A stretch of 32,831 nucleotides of DNA, taken from the NCBI GenBank assembly GCA_965368225.1, contig CBDUMF010000002.1, positions 1-32,831 of the forward strand, in the 5' to 3' direction. Position numbers and translations under genes: made by a program. The stretch is from an uncultured Elusimicrobia bacterium (GTDB lineage Bacteria > Elusimicrobiota > Elusimicrobia > Elusimicrobiales > UBA9959). The notes under the pieces were generated by a model that did not search any database, was not told the DNA's origin, and was given only the letters and a program-made list of their open reading frames with translations. Within the stretch, counting starts at the first letter, position 1. Every line of letters starts with the position of its first letter. Below, one piece after another: positions 32,735 through 32,831 of this stretch.

Positions 32735-32831
32735 ATCACAGGTTCTGGCACAACCCGCGCTACGCGTAAGCGGAGTGAAACGCATACTACTTTTTTAACA
32801 CCGATTTTAACGTCAAAAGAGAAATTAAGAC

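Noticed and set aside
32735-32831. Possible terminator or small RNA after lpxI (CGCT-ACGCGTA-AGCG region followed by a distant TTTTTT).
   Set aside because: The stems are only 4 bp and the T-run is separated from them by ~25 nt. The window also ends here, so no call can be made.

Overview
This 32.8-kb window comes from a diderm, LPS-making bacterium using the standard genetic code, and it splits into two halves.

**Accessory half (413-22330).** This is an unusually dense radical-SAM (rSAM) supercluster.
- It holds 13 rSAM proteins carrying 14 CxxxCxxC domains.
- A 13-gene minus-strand operon (16256 down to 413) is tightly packed, with five ATGA/GTGA start-stop overlaps. It also encodes a polytopic membrane protein with prepilin-peptidase (A24)-like Asp motifs and ends in a SufS-type cysteine desulfurase.
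- A lone divergent HemN-like rSAM gene lies at 16586-17941 on the plus strand.
- A second minus-strand operon (22330 down to 17944) is driven by a perfect TTGACA-17-TATAAT promoter. In order it encodes a secreted tail-fibre-like protein, an HxsD-like protein, an HxsB-like rSAM/SPASM maturase, a second HxsD-like protein, a Cys-rich membrane-anchored protein and a 94-aa peptide.
- That peptide ends in seven tandem His-Xaa-Ser repeats (HVS-HQS-HGSx5) followed by HARGGWC.
- I read this as a greatly expanded, apparently undescribed variant of the uncharacterised His-Xaa-Ser (HxsABCD) peptide-maturation system.

**Housekeeping half (22442-32734).** It contains a PIN-PhoH ATPase and myo-inositol-1-phosphate synthase, then the conserved outer-membrane/lipid A block bamA-skp-lpxD-lpxC-fabZ-lpxA-lpxI.

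**Not found.** I saw no rRNA, tRNA, CRISPR array, transposase or integrase.

**Limits.** All family assignments come from motif reading by eye, with no searches run. Hand-derived coordinates between about 16257 and 16620 may be off by 1-2 nt.
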